Positions 10,864-24,970 of a DNA stretch of 64,000 nucleotides are shown here, one piece after another (the first letter of the stretch is position 1; each line of letters begins with the position of its first letter). Location: NCBI RefSeq assembly GCF_018977255.1, contig NW_024704752.1, forward strand, positions 6,696,001 through 6,760,000, in the 5' to 3' direction. This stretch comes from Callorhinchus milii. Taxonomy: Eukaryota. A program made the translations under genes and the position numbers. The notes under the pieces are model-generated. The model was not told where the DNA came from and did no database searches. It saw only the letters and a program-made list of their open reading frames with translations.

Positions 10864-13513
10864 ATATGGTACTGTATGATTTGGATGCTGCAACCTGTTA
10901 AGCTTTGATGTGGGAAGGCACCAGCTTCAGCTGCTGAGAGTGAATTTACGGCTGAGTAATTTGCAGTAGCCATCAAAGAGGTCGCGAGTGTCCCACAATA
11001 TCCTGATCACCATTACTTTTCTAACAATCCCACCTCTCAGTGGGACAGAGGCAATGTCAAATGTAACACTTCCCATGAGGTTGAAAGCCGAGCAAGCAGA
11101 AGGAAGGTGAGTGTGGCCCTAGGCGTGGTGATAGCCAGGCTTTTTGGTAGTTCATGTGAAGATTAAAAAGCTGCCCTCCCCACCGGAAACAATATCATTT
11201 AACAAAGGCATCCATACAGGCATCACAGTGACTATGGAGATTAAAATAAATAGGCTACTTACTCAGCATCCAGACACCAGTATCAGCTTTTACTGTACTT
11301 TCTTCCCAACACTCTCGCCTTACAAGTGCCAAACCATATTTTGGGTCCTATTACAGTCCTGCGTTGGGGATCACATCCTGAGTTGAGCTGTGATCCTGTG
11401 ATTAGTGGAAAGTAAATGTCCAGCGGTGTGTATGTGGAGGTGTGGAGGATGGGCACGGAATCAATAAAAATATAATCTTGGCACTCAATACAGCGCCTTT
11501 CACATGGGAAGTATGTCTCGAAAACGCTTCACTGGATCTGAATGTAAAGTGTAATTTTTGTATTTTGTAGGTAAACCCGGCAGCCAATTTGTCCGCAGTA
11601 ATGTCCAGGAGAAACTCCCTTTTCTTTTCAATTAGTGCCAGGAGATCTTTAACGTCCACCTGAACGGGCAGACAGGGTCTCGGTTTAAATTCTCATCCAA
11701 AAGACGGCACCTCCAACAATTCTCTGAACATAGAAAACAGGAGGACGCTATTCAGTCCCTTGAGCCTGTTCCACCATTCTACTAGAATCTGTAGATTTTG
11801 TAGATCGGTATCTCAAATCCAATTATGATACTTATCATAATTATGACAACTATGATACTTGGCCATAGACTGTGGGAAAGGCAGACTTGATGGTCCCATA
11901 CCTTATCTCATTCCAGGCTTTCCTTGTTTCTTACTTGGGGTTAGAACCTAAGAATTTTCCAATTCCACAATCCTGCATGATATAAATCTTAGGACAAAAT
12001 AGTCTTACAGGCCAAGGCTAGGTGGAATTCCAGGCCTTTAGTCCTACTGTTTGGGCCAAGTGGCAAGTTTCTGTGTTGTACGTTCTTTGCAAATCTTTGT
12101 AATCTAAAGTATTTATTCATCTCTGTTTGTGTTATTCCTGTAGCCTTCAATACTTTTCTCAAGCAGATGTCTATCCAGATGTCTAATATGAATACATTAA
12201 TCAACACATCATCAGCTACTTTTAAAGTACTTTAAGAGCTAGATGCTATTTCTGCCTATTCCAGCCCACTTGAATAGCTACTATACTTGCACGTTAAGGC
12301 TCTTTTGTAATCATTGTACACAACATGTCCCCGATTCCTTTCAGTTTTCTCATGTTTACACAGAGGGCAGACACACTGTGACAGTGGAGCTAATAAAGCT
12401 GATGATATAGGACCTAAACTTATATACAACAAACATAAACATGTTTACAATTTGTAATAGCAGCAGGTTTCCACTTATTAAACTTCGTATTGTATTGTTT
12501 TGTAAGTACACTCGAATCTTTATAAACACATAACATTGGCCACAAAATGGTTGTTTTGGGTCATATTTTCAATGGGCTGCATGCAAAATCTGCAGATCTT
12601 TGTTCCGCAGCCCAGTTCATGGATCTAATCATAAGGAATAGAACATATTGAACAGAAAGCAGATTGACCCAAAAAGCCTTTATACAAATGGGTTGCTGTC
12701 CCTGTATGAGGCTTTCCAGTGCATTGACTACTGCCAGCAACAAATTGGGATAATTGGAGAGCATTGCATGCTAGGATGAAGCTGCTACAGAATTGGGCTC
12801 AGTTACGATGGCTCCACTCGTTGATATGTTGGCTGATGCACACTGCCTTAGCCTAATATACAAAGAGGCCATTTAGCCCACAGACTCCTCCCATCCCCCA
12901 CACACCAGCATTCAAAGCAAAGAAAGAAAACATGAAAGTAGAGCGCAAAGTTACAATAAATACTGTAATACATTTTCAATGTCAGATCAGCATACTGTGA
13001 TGTTATCAGGGCACCAATGGGTGATCACAGTCTCTCTACTTTATTTATGTTAGCACGTTAGGCATTACGTTGGATCAGCAATTGGAAAGGAATGGGATGT
13101 GAATTATCCGTGCCCCCCGAATTACCCGTGACATTTCTGTGGAGTCGGAACCTTGGGTGACAAAGGGAAAACAAGAACATTAGCCCTTGAGTCATAGCCG
13201 GCAGTGGTTGTTAAATGCGGAGGAGAACACTGAATGTAAATCATTTTACCACAGAAAGTCAACTCATTATTCCGTAATAAACATCCCAGTTAACTTGTGA
13301 TAGGCCTGTTATTTTTCTATAAACCTATCAGTCAGATTTATATGTCCGTGATAACAATTCATAATAAACGATCTTAGGCAGAAACAATACACAATACTGA
13401 GTTACGTTACTCTGTACATGATGACCCCAGTTAGAGATACTTTTATTAAAAGGTAAGGGAACCATTTCTAATGCTTTGTTCCAATTTCTCCTCAACCATC
13501 TTTAAGTTATATT

Positions 13514-14520
13514 CAACAACAACAACCTGGATTTATATAGCACCCTCCACGCCGGACGACGTCTCAGAGCGTATTACAGTTTAGGATCCCGGGACCGAGC
13601 CAGGGGGAGGGGGAGGAAGGTGACCAAAGGCGCGGTCGAAAAGAAAGGTCTTCAGCAGAGACCTGAAAATAGGCAGGGAGGGAGCGAGACGAAGGGAGTG
13701 AGGAAGGCAGTTCCAGAGCCTCGGGGCATAGTGGCTGAAGGCACGGCCGCCAAGGGTGGAGCGGAGGACTCGGGGGACAAGGAGGAGGCCAGACCCGGAG
13801 GAACGAAGGCAACGGGTACTGTGCTGAGGAGAGAGGTCAGAGAGGTAGGGGGGGTTGCAGAGGAGTGCAGGGACTTGAATACAAAGGTGAGGATCTTGAA
13901 ATCGATCCTCTCTGGGATAGGCAGACAGTGCCGTCTGGCAAGGACTGGGGTGATCGGGGAGCGGAGTTTCGTGCGGGTGAGAATGCGGGCGGCAGAGTTC
14001 TGAATGAGTTGGATTTTATGGATGGTAGTGGATGGCACACCGGCGAGGAGGGCGTTTGAATAGTCCAGCCGGGAGGTGACAAGGGCATGGACCAGGGTTT
14101 CAGCGGCTTTTGGGGAGAGGTATTGGGGGAGATGGGCGATGCATCGGAGGTGGAAGAAAGCGGTGCTGGTGAGGGACCGGATGTGGGGGAGGAAGGATAA
14201 TTGGGAGTCGAACCTGACGCCAAGATTGTGTACGGGTTCGGAGAGTTTTAGGGGGAGGTCAGGTAGGTGGAGGAGATGAGAACTGTGAGATTTTAGACGT
14301 TGACGAGAGCCGAAGAGTATGGCTTCCGTCTTGTCAATGTTCAGCTGAAGGAAGTTTGCGCTCATCAAGCCCCTGAGATCTGACAGGCAGGCTGACAGAA
14401 CATCAGGGGCCTGGGGGTCGCAAAGAGAGGTGGAAAAATAGAGTTGGGTGTCATCTGCATACATGTGGAAATGTACGCCATGTCTGCTGATGACATCCCC
14501 AAGAGGGAGCATGTAGATGT
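13514..14520 (-). mobile_element. 5'-truncated L2 LINE (RT C-terminal half plus 3' UTR)
   Basis: ORF 13652-14572 contains HMYADDTQLY, NFLQLNIDKTEAIL, SRLDYSNALL and IQNSAARIL; ends in a (GTT)n tail. Confidence 0.93.
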
Positions 14521-14619
14521 AGATTCTTCGTGCATTTTCCTTAAGGTAATTACTCAGAAACTCTCTGCCCAAGTGGTAACTGTGATTAACTTATCCGAAG
14601 AGGTATTAGGCAGTATTAT

Positions 14620-14955
14620 AATAATAATAGATAATAATACTTGTTTTTAATTTAGTATCTTTTTCAACAGATGGATGTCTCAAATGCTTTACAGGATTTA
14701 CTTTATATTTTTGTAGATGAACGCAGCAGCCAATTTGCACACAGCCGTATCCCACAAACAGCCATGAAGTGATTTAACAATTTTATCTGGGGGATTGTTT
14801 GTCTCATCCAGAGCCCGGCACCTTTGACAATACAGCACACCCCCAGCACTGCAATGGAGTGTCAGCCTGGACTGTGAGTTCAAAGGTCTGACGTGGGGCT
14901 TGAACCCCACAACCTTCTGACTCAGAGGCAAGAGTGGCACCAACCTAGACAGCCC
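14620..14955 (-). mobile_element. Deu SINE, type-B head
   Basis: Minus strand GGTTGGTGCCACTCTTGCCTCTGAGTCAGAAGGTTGTGGGGTTCAAGCCCC followed by Deu core and tail. Confidence 0.8.
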
Positions 14956-15814
14956 AACACCGGGTATGACAAAAAGACGGGGTACCAGGATTAAAATATC
15001 TGCCAAGGTCAAATAAACCGGTGGAACATGCTTGATGGGCTAAATGGTCTCCTCCTGTTTTTATGTCCTGTTCCTATAGGCAACGCCCTGTGTGTTTATG
15101 TGTACAAGGTAACAGCCATTGCTATTTCTCATGGTGCACCACTAAGACTTCAAAGATATTAAAAGAATTAAACTGCACTGTATTAGAAAATCATCTTCTT
15201 TGAAAATCTGCCACAGAGGCTGTGTAATGGTACCTTTGTGGCCCTGTCATTTATACCAAACAGAGTGGAATTGAGAAGTTAGCCATGGAATAATTGGTTG
15301 TCCTACTGTTGTGCATTCCGTCTGGGTTTTCATTTCTACTGGCAGTGCTGTTTAATGTCACTGTTAAGACACCACTTATACTGTCCTGACACTTATCCCA
15401 GGTTAAATTGTTTTGCTTTGAGTCTCAAAGCGCTGAATAATTTACCTCTGTAAATCTGACTCAAAAGCACCGTCAGACATGTCAGTAGGGACCAGCAAGT
15501 TTCCGTTTCTTCAGATGCATTAATAAAATTAGGCCCCAAAAGGCTAACAAAGCGTCATGTGACAGAATACTTCAGAACAGATAGAGCTGGGCACAGAGCC
15601 ACATTGCAGCTAGAGCTCGGGTTAATAGTTTAAACGAGAAGTTTCTCCTATCGGGAAAAAACAAAACAACCGAATGTAGAAGGGATAAAAAGTGGTGCAT
15701 CTCCCCGAATATTCATTAAAAACTGGACAATATACTGCACTGGATTTTAGAAAGAATTAAGAGTATTTAATTTCACTACTAATTTATAGACACAACTTAT
15801 GCTCCACTATCACA

Positions 15815-16180
15815 GAATAATATTCCTTGTATTTGATATAGCACCTTAATCCCATTGTTGAGACATCTCAAAGCGCTTCATAGATTATATTGTAAAGTGA
15901 ATTGACTATATATTTTGTGGGTGAAATGCGGCAGCAAATTGCACACAACAATGTCCCACAAACAGTTGTGAAATAAGTGACCAATTTATTTATTTACTGC
16001 AGGGATTATTACCCCAGGAAAGCAATCCACCAATTGACTAACAACTGGGTTCCTACTTACTGCTAGGTAAACAGAGGTGTGTAATGTAAGAAAACTTGCG
16101 TAAGGTTGCGCCCTGGGAAACAAAATTAGGATCTCTTGCTTGCGAGGTGAGTGTGCTAACCACTATGACCACAGGACTCC
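15815..16180 (-). mobile_element. Type-A Deu SINE, long form
   Basis: Same head, core and tail as 9711-10041, plus an extra ~60-bp internal block (+ strand AAGCAATCCACCAATTGACTAACAACTGGGTTCCTACTTACTGCTAGG). Confidence 0.8.
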
Positions 16181-18084
16181 ACTTTCTCCTCTGTGTAACA
16201 TCAAGAATGATTCTGTACTTCAATCTCAACAGTCCTGCAAGGCTTGTCATCAGATAACTGCTCTCCAGGACCTTGCCTGGGTGGACATTGATTATTATTC
16301 AGCCTGTGGAGGGGACAAAGTGGAGACAGCACAATCGAGGGTAACTCTGCCCTCACACAACATTCAAACCCATTCACCTCAAGCAGGAGGAAGAGCATGG
16401 AGGTCACTGGATTGGTATCAGCAGTGGAAACCCTGGGGAATATTTCACCTCCATACTAAAAGACCTTTTTTTCCGCAGAGATCAGCTAACTCAGCACAGG
16501 CCATCAGGGAAGCCCACGTGGAAACCTTTGCATATTAACACCACACATTTGGGACTGAGCAGATCGCTCTTAAGAGTCAGTGCTGTAAATTTCTGTGGCA
16601 CTTCATGCCTTGAGGACAGCACAGAAGCCTCTCCCTCAGACTTTCACCAGTGATGGACAATTATTTAGTAACGGTGTTTATATAGTCCAGGGCCTCCTAA
16701 ATACATGCAATTATTTAAGCTTGTTTAAAATGGAATCCCGTGCCAAGAGGAGTTAACAGACTCAATGGAGAGAAGGAGATAGAACAGATAAAACAAACCA
16801 ACGTGGGCCAGTTCAAGTATTTTGTTCAACATTGCCGTCATTTTAACAACTACAAATTGTATATAGAGTTACTTTTATATAGCGCCTTTCTCGTTGTAAG
16901 GATGTCCCGATATCATTTTATACTAACTTCTGTGAATCGCGGGGCCCTGAGAATAGATGGATTTATGCAACGGTTTCTTACGAGAACACACATCAACAGA
17001 CAGTGTTTACTCGCGTCGCTCCCACCAGTCAGGTTTGCTGTCGCGGATAATAGTTGATTCACGAAGTTCATTGCTGGTATTTGCATTTTTCTAGATTATG
17101 CTCCGAGCTTCTGAGAATTCACCTGTCAGCTCTCTCTCACTCGTGCACATCAAAGTTAATCCCTTCTCAGCTCAAGAATCAGGTCGCAAGGCCGGGTGGG
17201 GGGGGGGGGAAGGAGGCTGACTTGCACTTGGTGGAATCAGCTATCCGTGAACACTTAACATCCTCAAAAAGATTTCATTTGAATTTAGGAGACTCGAGGC
17301 TTTAGGCTTTAGGAGAAGCTCCGTGGGTTGACTCTGTCTCAGTGCTGAACGCTCTCTGGAAACGATCCCGATTAAACTGACTTCTACTTCTTCCCTTTCT
17401 CCCACAGGGCAGGTCAATGTCTCCACTTCCCATTGCATGGTAGCAGTGGGTTGCGGGATCGAGCCCTGCACTGGCACTGGGGTTGCTAGCCTATGCTTAC
17501 ACTTTAGAACAATGCTGAGGTCTCTGGGATGCTACCCTGTGTGAGAGGCACTATACAAGTGCAAGTTGTTGTTGTTGAAGGAGTGACACATTATCAGAAA
17601 TGTGTTTCATATGAGAGTTTCTGGCCATTGCTCATCTCTCCCTAACACTGAGAGTCAGCATGCTTCCTCTCTGTGGTCACTGGCACCCACCACAGCTTGC
17701 ACTTCTCTACATAAGGTGACACAACCAGAGAGCACTGTACAGCATGAGCTTGACTTGTGGTTGTAGAATGTTTACACCAAAGAAGACCATTTGGCTCATT
17801 ACGTCTGTGCTCGTGCTACAGACCTCATTTATTCCTTGCTCTTTCCCTTTTCACATGAACCCCCTTGTTATTTGTGAGACATTTGAGCATCGTTTCACAC
17901 AATTCCAGCTGAGTGTAGCTAATTGACAGGGTGGGGGTGGGGGGAACATCAGAGCTAAGACCAAACCTGTCCTCACCTGACATCCACACACATGCACCTT
18001 TGAGCAGGATTCCCTAGAATGTGATCAGTAATGGGTCTCCTAGCCCATTTCCCCCTCCTAAACAGAGGCACTGATGCCTATTAT

Positions 18085-18300
18085 ATCCGTCCTTCAGATG
18101 AGACATTAAACCAAGGTCCTGTCTGCCTGTTCAGATGGACACTAAAGATCCCACTGGCACTATTTGAAAACAGAAGACAGTTTCTCCTGGTGTCACGGCC
18201 GATAATCTCCCAAATAAAAATTGGTCTCTCACTCCATGGCTGTTTGTGGGACATTGCTGTGAGCAACTGGCTGCCGCGTTTGCCACAAAATACACAAAAA
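18085..18300 (+). mobile_element. Type-B Deu SINE fragment
   Basis: GATGAGACATTAAACCAAGGTCCTGTCTGCCTG followed by the Deu core. Confidence 0.7.
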
Positions 18301-21300
18301 AATGTAGATAAAAATCTCCACAGGTAAATTAAGAGTTGGGATTTGTTTGGGATTTAATAGTGCGTGCAATGTGACACAATGCATTCCTGGAACCAGCTGG
18401 CATGCAGCGAGGCTTGTGAAAATAAAGATTGCCATTCGCCAAATAAAAATAAAGCACTGGATAGCCAAAAATAAAGTTTATCAAAATTTTTCTTGAAGAT
18501 AAACGACAACAACTTGCATGTATATAGCACCCTTCACACAGGGTTCCATCAGGGGCATTTAAAAACACAGCACAATTGTCTCTTCTCTCTCTAAACAATA
18601 GCTCGGCTAAATCAATCACAATACCTCATGCAGTTTCCTGTCTAGGACTTCCATCCTGACAGGAACCGAGTTCATTCATGACTGTCGACACAGAGAACAC
18701 AGTTTGCATACAATCAGTGGTAGAACTCACTAAATAGATCACAGGTCATCACTCATACCAAATCTTGTGGTCTCTATAGTAAATTCACATGGGACTCCAT
18801 CACACCAACACATTGAAGTGCAATTGTTAAATAGACAAAGGCAGCAGCTAATCTGTACCACCAATGACATACAAACAAATCAGCAACATGAATGAACCAT
18901 TTATCCATTTTTCGTTGTTATTGAATTTGGACCTGGAAGCCATATTGGCAAGGACACCAGGAGAACTCTCTCCTCTTCTTCCAAACAGGATCAGGAGAGC
19001 TTTAATGTCCACTTGAATAATAGTCCTTACATTTGGTATAGTGATTTTCACGTTGGCAGGACTCAAAGTGCTTCAGGTATACTGTAAAGTGGAGCAACTG
19101 TGTATTTCTGTGGGCGAACACAAAGACTAGCACCACCACAGCTGCGAGATGGGCTTTGCTTTAACGTCTTATTCCAACAATCCCCTCAATATTCAAGTCA
19201 AACGAGATAAACAGCTCAAGTGCTGGTGTGAAGCTTAAACTCACGATCATCTGCCTCAGGGGCAGTAATGCCACCAAGTGAACCAGACTGACGATATTTT
19301 TTTATTCAGATCCACTCTGCTATATGGTAACCGTGCAGAGCCAGTAGAGTGTGATACCGAGGCACGTGACCAAAGTCTCATTGTTCAGAACAACTTCCTC
19401 TCATCTGAGCTGAGACACAACATGTTCCAAGTAGGAAGGTTAGTCTTTACATAATAATGCTTGCATTTGATACATCTCCTTATCACGTCATTGCAATGTC
19501 ACAAAGCGCTTCACAGGATGCACGGTAATGTGCAGTGATTGTATATTTTGTGGGCAAAATTACATGTTCCAGAAATACAGATATTACTGAATCCTATCAA
19601 CAAACTAGTGGGATGTTATAGTGCTGTCTGAATGTCCGTTCCAAAATCTTTGCAGAATATTTAAGTGTTTAAGCGCTTAGGCATGAAAGGCCCTGTAAAA
19701 ATGTAAATTACTGTTGTTAGGAGATTGGTCCCCTTGCCCATGTATTTTTTTTAAGCAGTCCAGCTTTACTAGCATTCTGCAAAGAATATGTAATCCTTAA
19801 TGTGAGAATGGAGATCCTTTATTCTATAGTGATTAAGTATTAGTGGAAACACAAAGCCTTGGAGCGATGTGGGTTACAACATTGTCCTTTCACATCTAAG
19901 ACTTGGGTTTGAAATCAGCCCAGATTGATGGTGTGAAACGCTTCACTTTCTGCCAGCTGTGTCACATAAAATACATCTCAACCTTTCTCCCTGGAAGTAA
20001 ATCACAGCAAAATATTATCCATAATTCAGCACTAATTGGCAATCTCATTTAAAGAGGCCATCGGGAGACCTGATGTTGGGAATGAAAATACTGCGCTGGT
20101 AGAAGAGAGTAGATATTGATAAGGTTGAAGTAGTGACGAGGGATCATTATTCGCCATCCAACTTACGCTGCACCTCACAGAAGAGTTGCTGGTGTTGGCA
20201 ATGAGGTGCGATCAGTGGGAAAGTATTTCTATTCCCAGCACTCACCACGCTCACTTTGATGAGCAGGGATTAAGAGAAAAGCACCATCGGTACTCCAGGC
20301 TGGCTGGGAGGAGTTGTTGAGCTAAATTAACAGCAGTTATTAACCTAAGGGTCCCTCAGCAATAACAATTTTCAGCTGAATATATTAATTCTCCTTGCTC
20401 AGAAACTCTTCCAACTCAGTATCTCGAATGATGAGACAATTAAAATAAATAAGTCAACAACTCCCCCACCTCAACAGAATAGGGTAAAAAAAAATTAAAT
20501 TCATGATAAATGATTTTCAACAATCCTCCAAATAAAATTGGTCATTCACTTCCATGGCTGTTTGTGGGGAACTGCTGTACACAAACTGTCTGCCGCATTT
20601 CATCCACAGTCAATCCACTTTACAATGTATCCTGTGGGACGCTTGAAGATGTCTCGATGGTGTGTTAAGGTGCTATATCAAATGCAAGAATTATTAAGAT
20701 TATAATTATTTTCTAAGCTTTCTAATTTTAAAATGGTTTCTCTTCTTTTTGCTTCAAACTCTCCCCATGGCAGGCCACCAGGCATTTGGGGTCTGTGCTA
20801 ACATACAGGCATCAACTGGCAGGTGTGTGACAGTGAATTGGAGTGACTATTGACTTTTTTTCAAAAACCTTCCCATCTATAGAAAAGGGTCCAATGCTGT
20901 GTTGTGCCCCCTTACAGTGGCAAAGCTCGGATCGGGAGTGTGCTGTAATCTAGGTTGTAGAAACTAAGCAAACCAGACTTTAAGCTCCTGAGTACTGACC
21001 ATTAATTCCTGCTGAAAGCACTTGTGTATGGACGCCTGGTGGGGAACCTGGCAGGAACACGTTCTGTTCTAATGTCTGCTTTGATTAAGGAGCCTGACAA
21101 CACTCAATACTCCTGGCTCACACCTGAACAACAGACACTTTTGTGAAGCACCTTAATATTAGAGCCTTCAGATAAGGGCGTAACATTCTTGTTCTCAGGA
21201 GCTCCGGCCAAAACCATTGCCATTCTGTGTTTTGAAGAATATTTCTTATTGTCATCACAACCTATCCCTACTTTAGGATTATACACAACTCAAACAGTGA

Positions 21301-21579
21301 CAGCAATTCTGCCAACAACTTCAAAGAGTAAATGGTTGCAGATTTCCATCCATTTCCGAGAATGCTCATGTCAGCAAAATGCCATCGAATATGAAACTCA
21401 GATGGCGCCGCAACAAAAATACCAAGTGCCTCCCTTTGATGAGGCTCTCTAAAGGATCTCACTGCACTTCAGCCATCTGATGAAAGCATGGTTTTTTAGT
21501 CGTGCTCAAAATATTTCCAGCAGTTTGACTGCAATATAAAGGAACCAGGTAATTACAAGTTAGAAGGAAAAAAAAGTAT

Positions 21580-21965
21580 TTTTATAGTGCATCATCGTGT
21601 TAAAATATCCCAAATTGCTTCACTGTAATTATTGTTGTTATGCTGCTATTTGTAGGCAAATGCATTGCAGTTGTTTTGTGCATTGCACCATCCCACAAAC
21701 AAGTGTGATGTGAATGTTGATTACTCTGTAGGATTGGTAGCCAGGATGAAAAGAAACTAATTTCCCTGTTTCCCCCATGTGTTATGGGATCTTTGACATC
21801 AACCTGAAGAGGGAAGGGAAAGACATTGGTTGAACATCCGATCCTAAGAAAACACAGCTCTGAAAATGCCCTGGATGTCAGCCTAGACACTGGGCTCAAG
21901 TCCCAAAGTGACACTTGAACCCACAACCTTATGACTCAAAGTTGACAGTGCGACCAAACCAGCTA
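21580..21965 (-). mobile_element. Degenerate type-B Deu SINE
   Basis: Degenerate head (TTGAACCCACAACCTTATGACTC on +) and Deu core. Confidence 0.6.
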
Positions 21966-22234
21966 ACAGCAAGCAAGAAATAGCAAGACTGTCTATGTAC
22001 ACAACTAATGTGAAATAAAATCCCCAAACCTGCTATCCAGAACACACAGGAAGAATGTGCTGCTGGACAGTAAAAAATACAACAAAGCAAAGTGACCTTA
22101 TTTCTTAAACCTGAACTATTTACATTGTCCACTCCTTCAACCAAGTTTAACAGCTTAATATTTTTCCAGGTAACACTAAGTGCTGTTCAGTTTGAACTAT
22201 TTACAGAATTAATATTTTCAGTACACGTCCAATA

Positions 22235-22535
22235 CTTCCATCCTTTGGATGAGACATTAAACTATGGTCCTGTCTGCCTGTTTAAGTGGATGTTAAAGAT
22301 CCCATAGTACTAATCAAAAAGAGAAGTGAGTTTCTCTCTCCCGGTGTCCTGGCCAACAATCCCCAAATAAAATTGGTCACTCACTCCATGGCTGTTTGTG
22401 GGACATTGCTGTGTGCAACTGGCTGCCATGTTTCACCCACAAATGCACAGTCAATCCACTTTACAGTATATCCTGTAAACCACTTTGAGCTCAATGACAT
22501 GATAAAGCCCTATATCAAATGCAAAGAATATTACT
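22235..22535 (+). mobile_element. Type-B Deu SINE, 5'-truncated
   Basis: Body, Deu core and tail recognisable by similarity to other copies. Confidence 0.75.
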
Positions 22536-24169
22536 ATTTTTCTAACTGATGCATATATTTACCAAAGGTGAATATCAGTTAGACATCTTACAAATTATTT
22601 CCATCAGGAAGTCTCATTTTACTTAGGATGTGTTCGTTCTTGCAATCCATCACTTTACTTAGTGAATGCTGAAAAACTGAACTTTAGATCCAAATTATAA
22701 TTCTTAGTTTTCTTCTAACTTTGGCCTGGCTGTACCTCTCAGATTATTGAACGAACTCGAATTACGTATTACAATAACTACCTCTCATCCTTGTTCTTCC
22801 TTCTTCCACTTCTGTGCCAGGAAACTTCTGAATCAACCAGGTTCGTCTTTGTGAAACGCTATCAAAGTTCAGCCTTTATCATGGAAAACCATCTGCTGAC
22901 TTTGCTGCTGCTCAAACACATACTAAAGATTAGAATTCTAACTATACAACAATGCTCTAGAAATGAAAATTACGCTCACCGTGCTATCAAATCTTAGCTG
23001 CCGTTAAAATTTATTTTAAATGGTATTTTATTACTCTGAACTGATCTGTAATAATAAGTGATGATTTTTGTTTTTTGTCTGACATCTGTGGAAGCCCATC
23101 ACCATGTTTTAGACTAGATATATGAAACCAGACTAAGAGTTCCACATCAGGAAGAATGTTGACCTTCAAATCAACTGTGGATGCATGTGGCAGTACAAGA
23201 CAAACATAGTTCCTATAATAATTGGTGCAATGAGGACTGTTAATAATACAATTCAGAAATGGCTTGAAAATATACCTGATGCACAAAACGTCCACCTCCT
23301 GCAGAAAGTAGTTTTTTGGGGGAAGTTCAAATATACTAAGAACATATACTAACATCCATTAAAGTGAAACATGCCAGTGTTATTGGTCTGTCTGACTCAT
23401 CACTGAAAACCACCTCTACGGAGTGATCGAAACTGCAATAACTTAATAATATTTGACATAGTACCTAAAACGTTGCAACATTTCAAAATACTTATCAAAA
23501 AACTTCTGTATTGCTGTGAAGTGTAATGAATGTGCATTTGGAACTTGGTGAGTTCAATTTACTTCCTCTTCATGAATTACTCAAAAAGTGGGCCATTATT
23601 GGAAACGGCTTCCTCCAACAATTGATACTCTCCAAATATTTACAGAGAATTATGTTGCACAGAAGACTAAGAGTTTTGCGTATGTATGCCACCTACACAT
23701 GGATATTTCCCTTCACTGGAATGCATTGTACACTGTAAAGCACTCCAGCGTGTTACCTGTGTGAAGGGCCCTATATAAATGCAAGTTGTTGTTTGTGTTA
23801 CCCTGTTTTAACTACATTCCCTGTGTTTCCCAGTGCTTTGAGACTTTCTGATGTTATAGATCCCTGGAGGGACGTACTGTGCTTACCGAATTCCAGAGAA
23901 TATTAGAAGCAGGTCGTCAAAATCCAAGGCTGAGGCCTCCAGAGTGTGGGTTGGGGTACTGCTGGAGTCGAACAAGCTAAAACCACATAGCTTACCATTG
24001 ATATCACTGTCTGGCAAGCTTCCCCGCTACTTTTCACCCTACCCATTACGTTCTGGCTTACAGGTTAACAGGCGCTGAGTGGGAGGAATTCCTGCTCCCA
24101 GTCTGCTCTCTAAGTCCTGCAGATGAGCCAGGCTGGGTATTGTGGACTCACCTAACTCAGGAACCCGAC

Positions 24170-24970
24170 TACAGAGCACTCGCCTTGCAAGCAAGGGGAC
24201 ATGGGTTTGATTCCTGGCAGGGCAAAACGTTGGGCAAGTTTCCTTACCTCACACTCCTCTTCCTAGCTAGTACTAAGTAGGAACACGACTGTTAGTTGAT
24301 TGACGGATTGCTTTTTCGGGAGCAATAATTCCTTCAAAATAAATAAAAATAATTTGGTCACTCAATCCGCGACCATTTGTGAGACACTTCTGTGCATAAT
24401 TGGCTGCCATGTTTCACCCACAAAATATACAGTCAATTCACTTTACAGTATATTCTGTGAAGTGCTTTGAGGCGTCTCGAAGATGTGACAAGGCACAATG
24501 TCAAATACAAGGATTATTATTACTACAAAGGCCACCACAGAGTTGACGTGATTCTGACAATCCGTTGCTAAGCATGTGGCAATCTTAGCTACAACGAGAC
24601 TCCATTCACCACAACCAAGGAGGATAGTAAGAATGATAAATGCTATGTGGGGAATAAACTTATCCAGGGACGAGACGGTGTTTGCAAATTCAGGAAGGAA
24701 TGTTTTGCCCACAAAATACAGTCAATCCACTTTACCATTCATCTTGTGAAGTGCTTTGAGATATCTTGATGACATAAGGCGCTATATCAAATGTAAGGAC
24801 TATTATTAACATTATTATTACAACAGATAGGTATTTGGCAAAGAAATAAATTCAGGGCTATAACAACAATAATCCTTACATTTGACATAGCGCCATATCA
24901 TGTCGTCAAGACATCTCAAAACGCTTCACAGAATATACTGTAAAGTGAAACCTCTGTATATTTTGTGAGC
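24170..24970. mobile_element. SINE cluster: long type-A copy (+, ~24170-24520), tail fragment (+, ~24705-24820), tail fragment (-, ~24865-24970)
   Basis: Head, Deu and tail motifs repeated in both orientations. Confidence 0.75.

Noticed and set aside
23011-23355. 114-aa ORF and other 60-130 aa ORFs in non-repeat sequence (e.g. 49449-49826, 53446-53829)
   Set aside because: No recognisable domain, codon bias or consistent splice sites; lengths compatible with chance.
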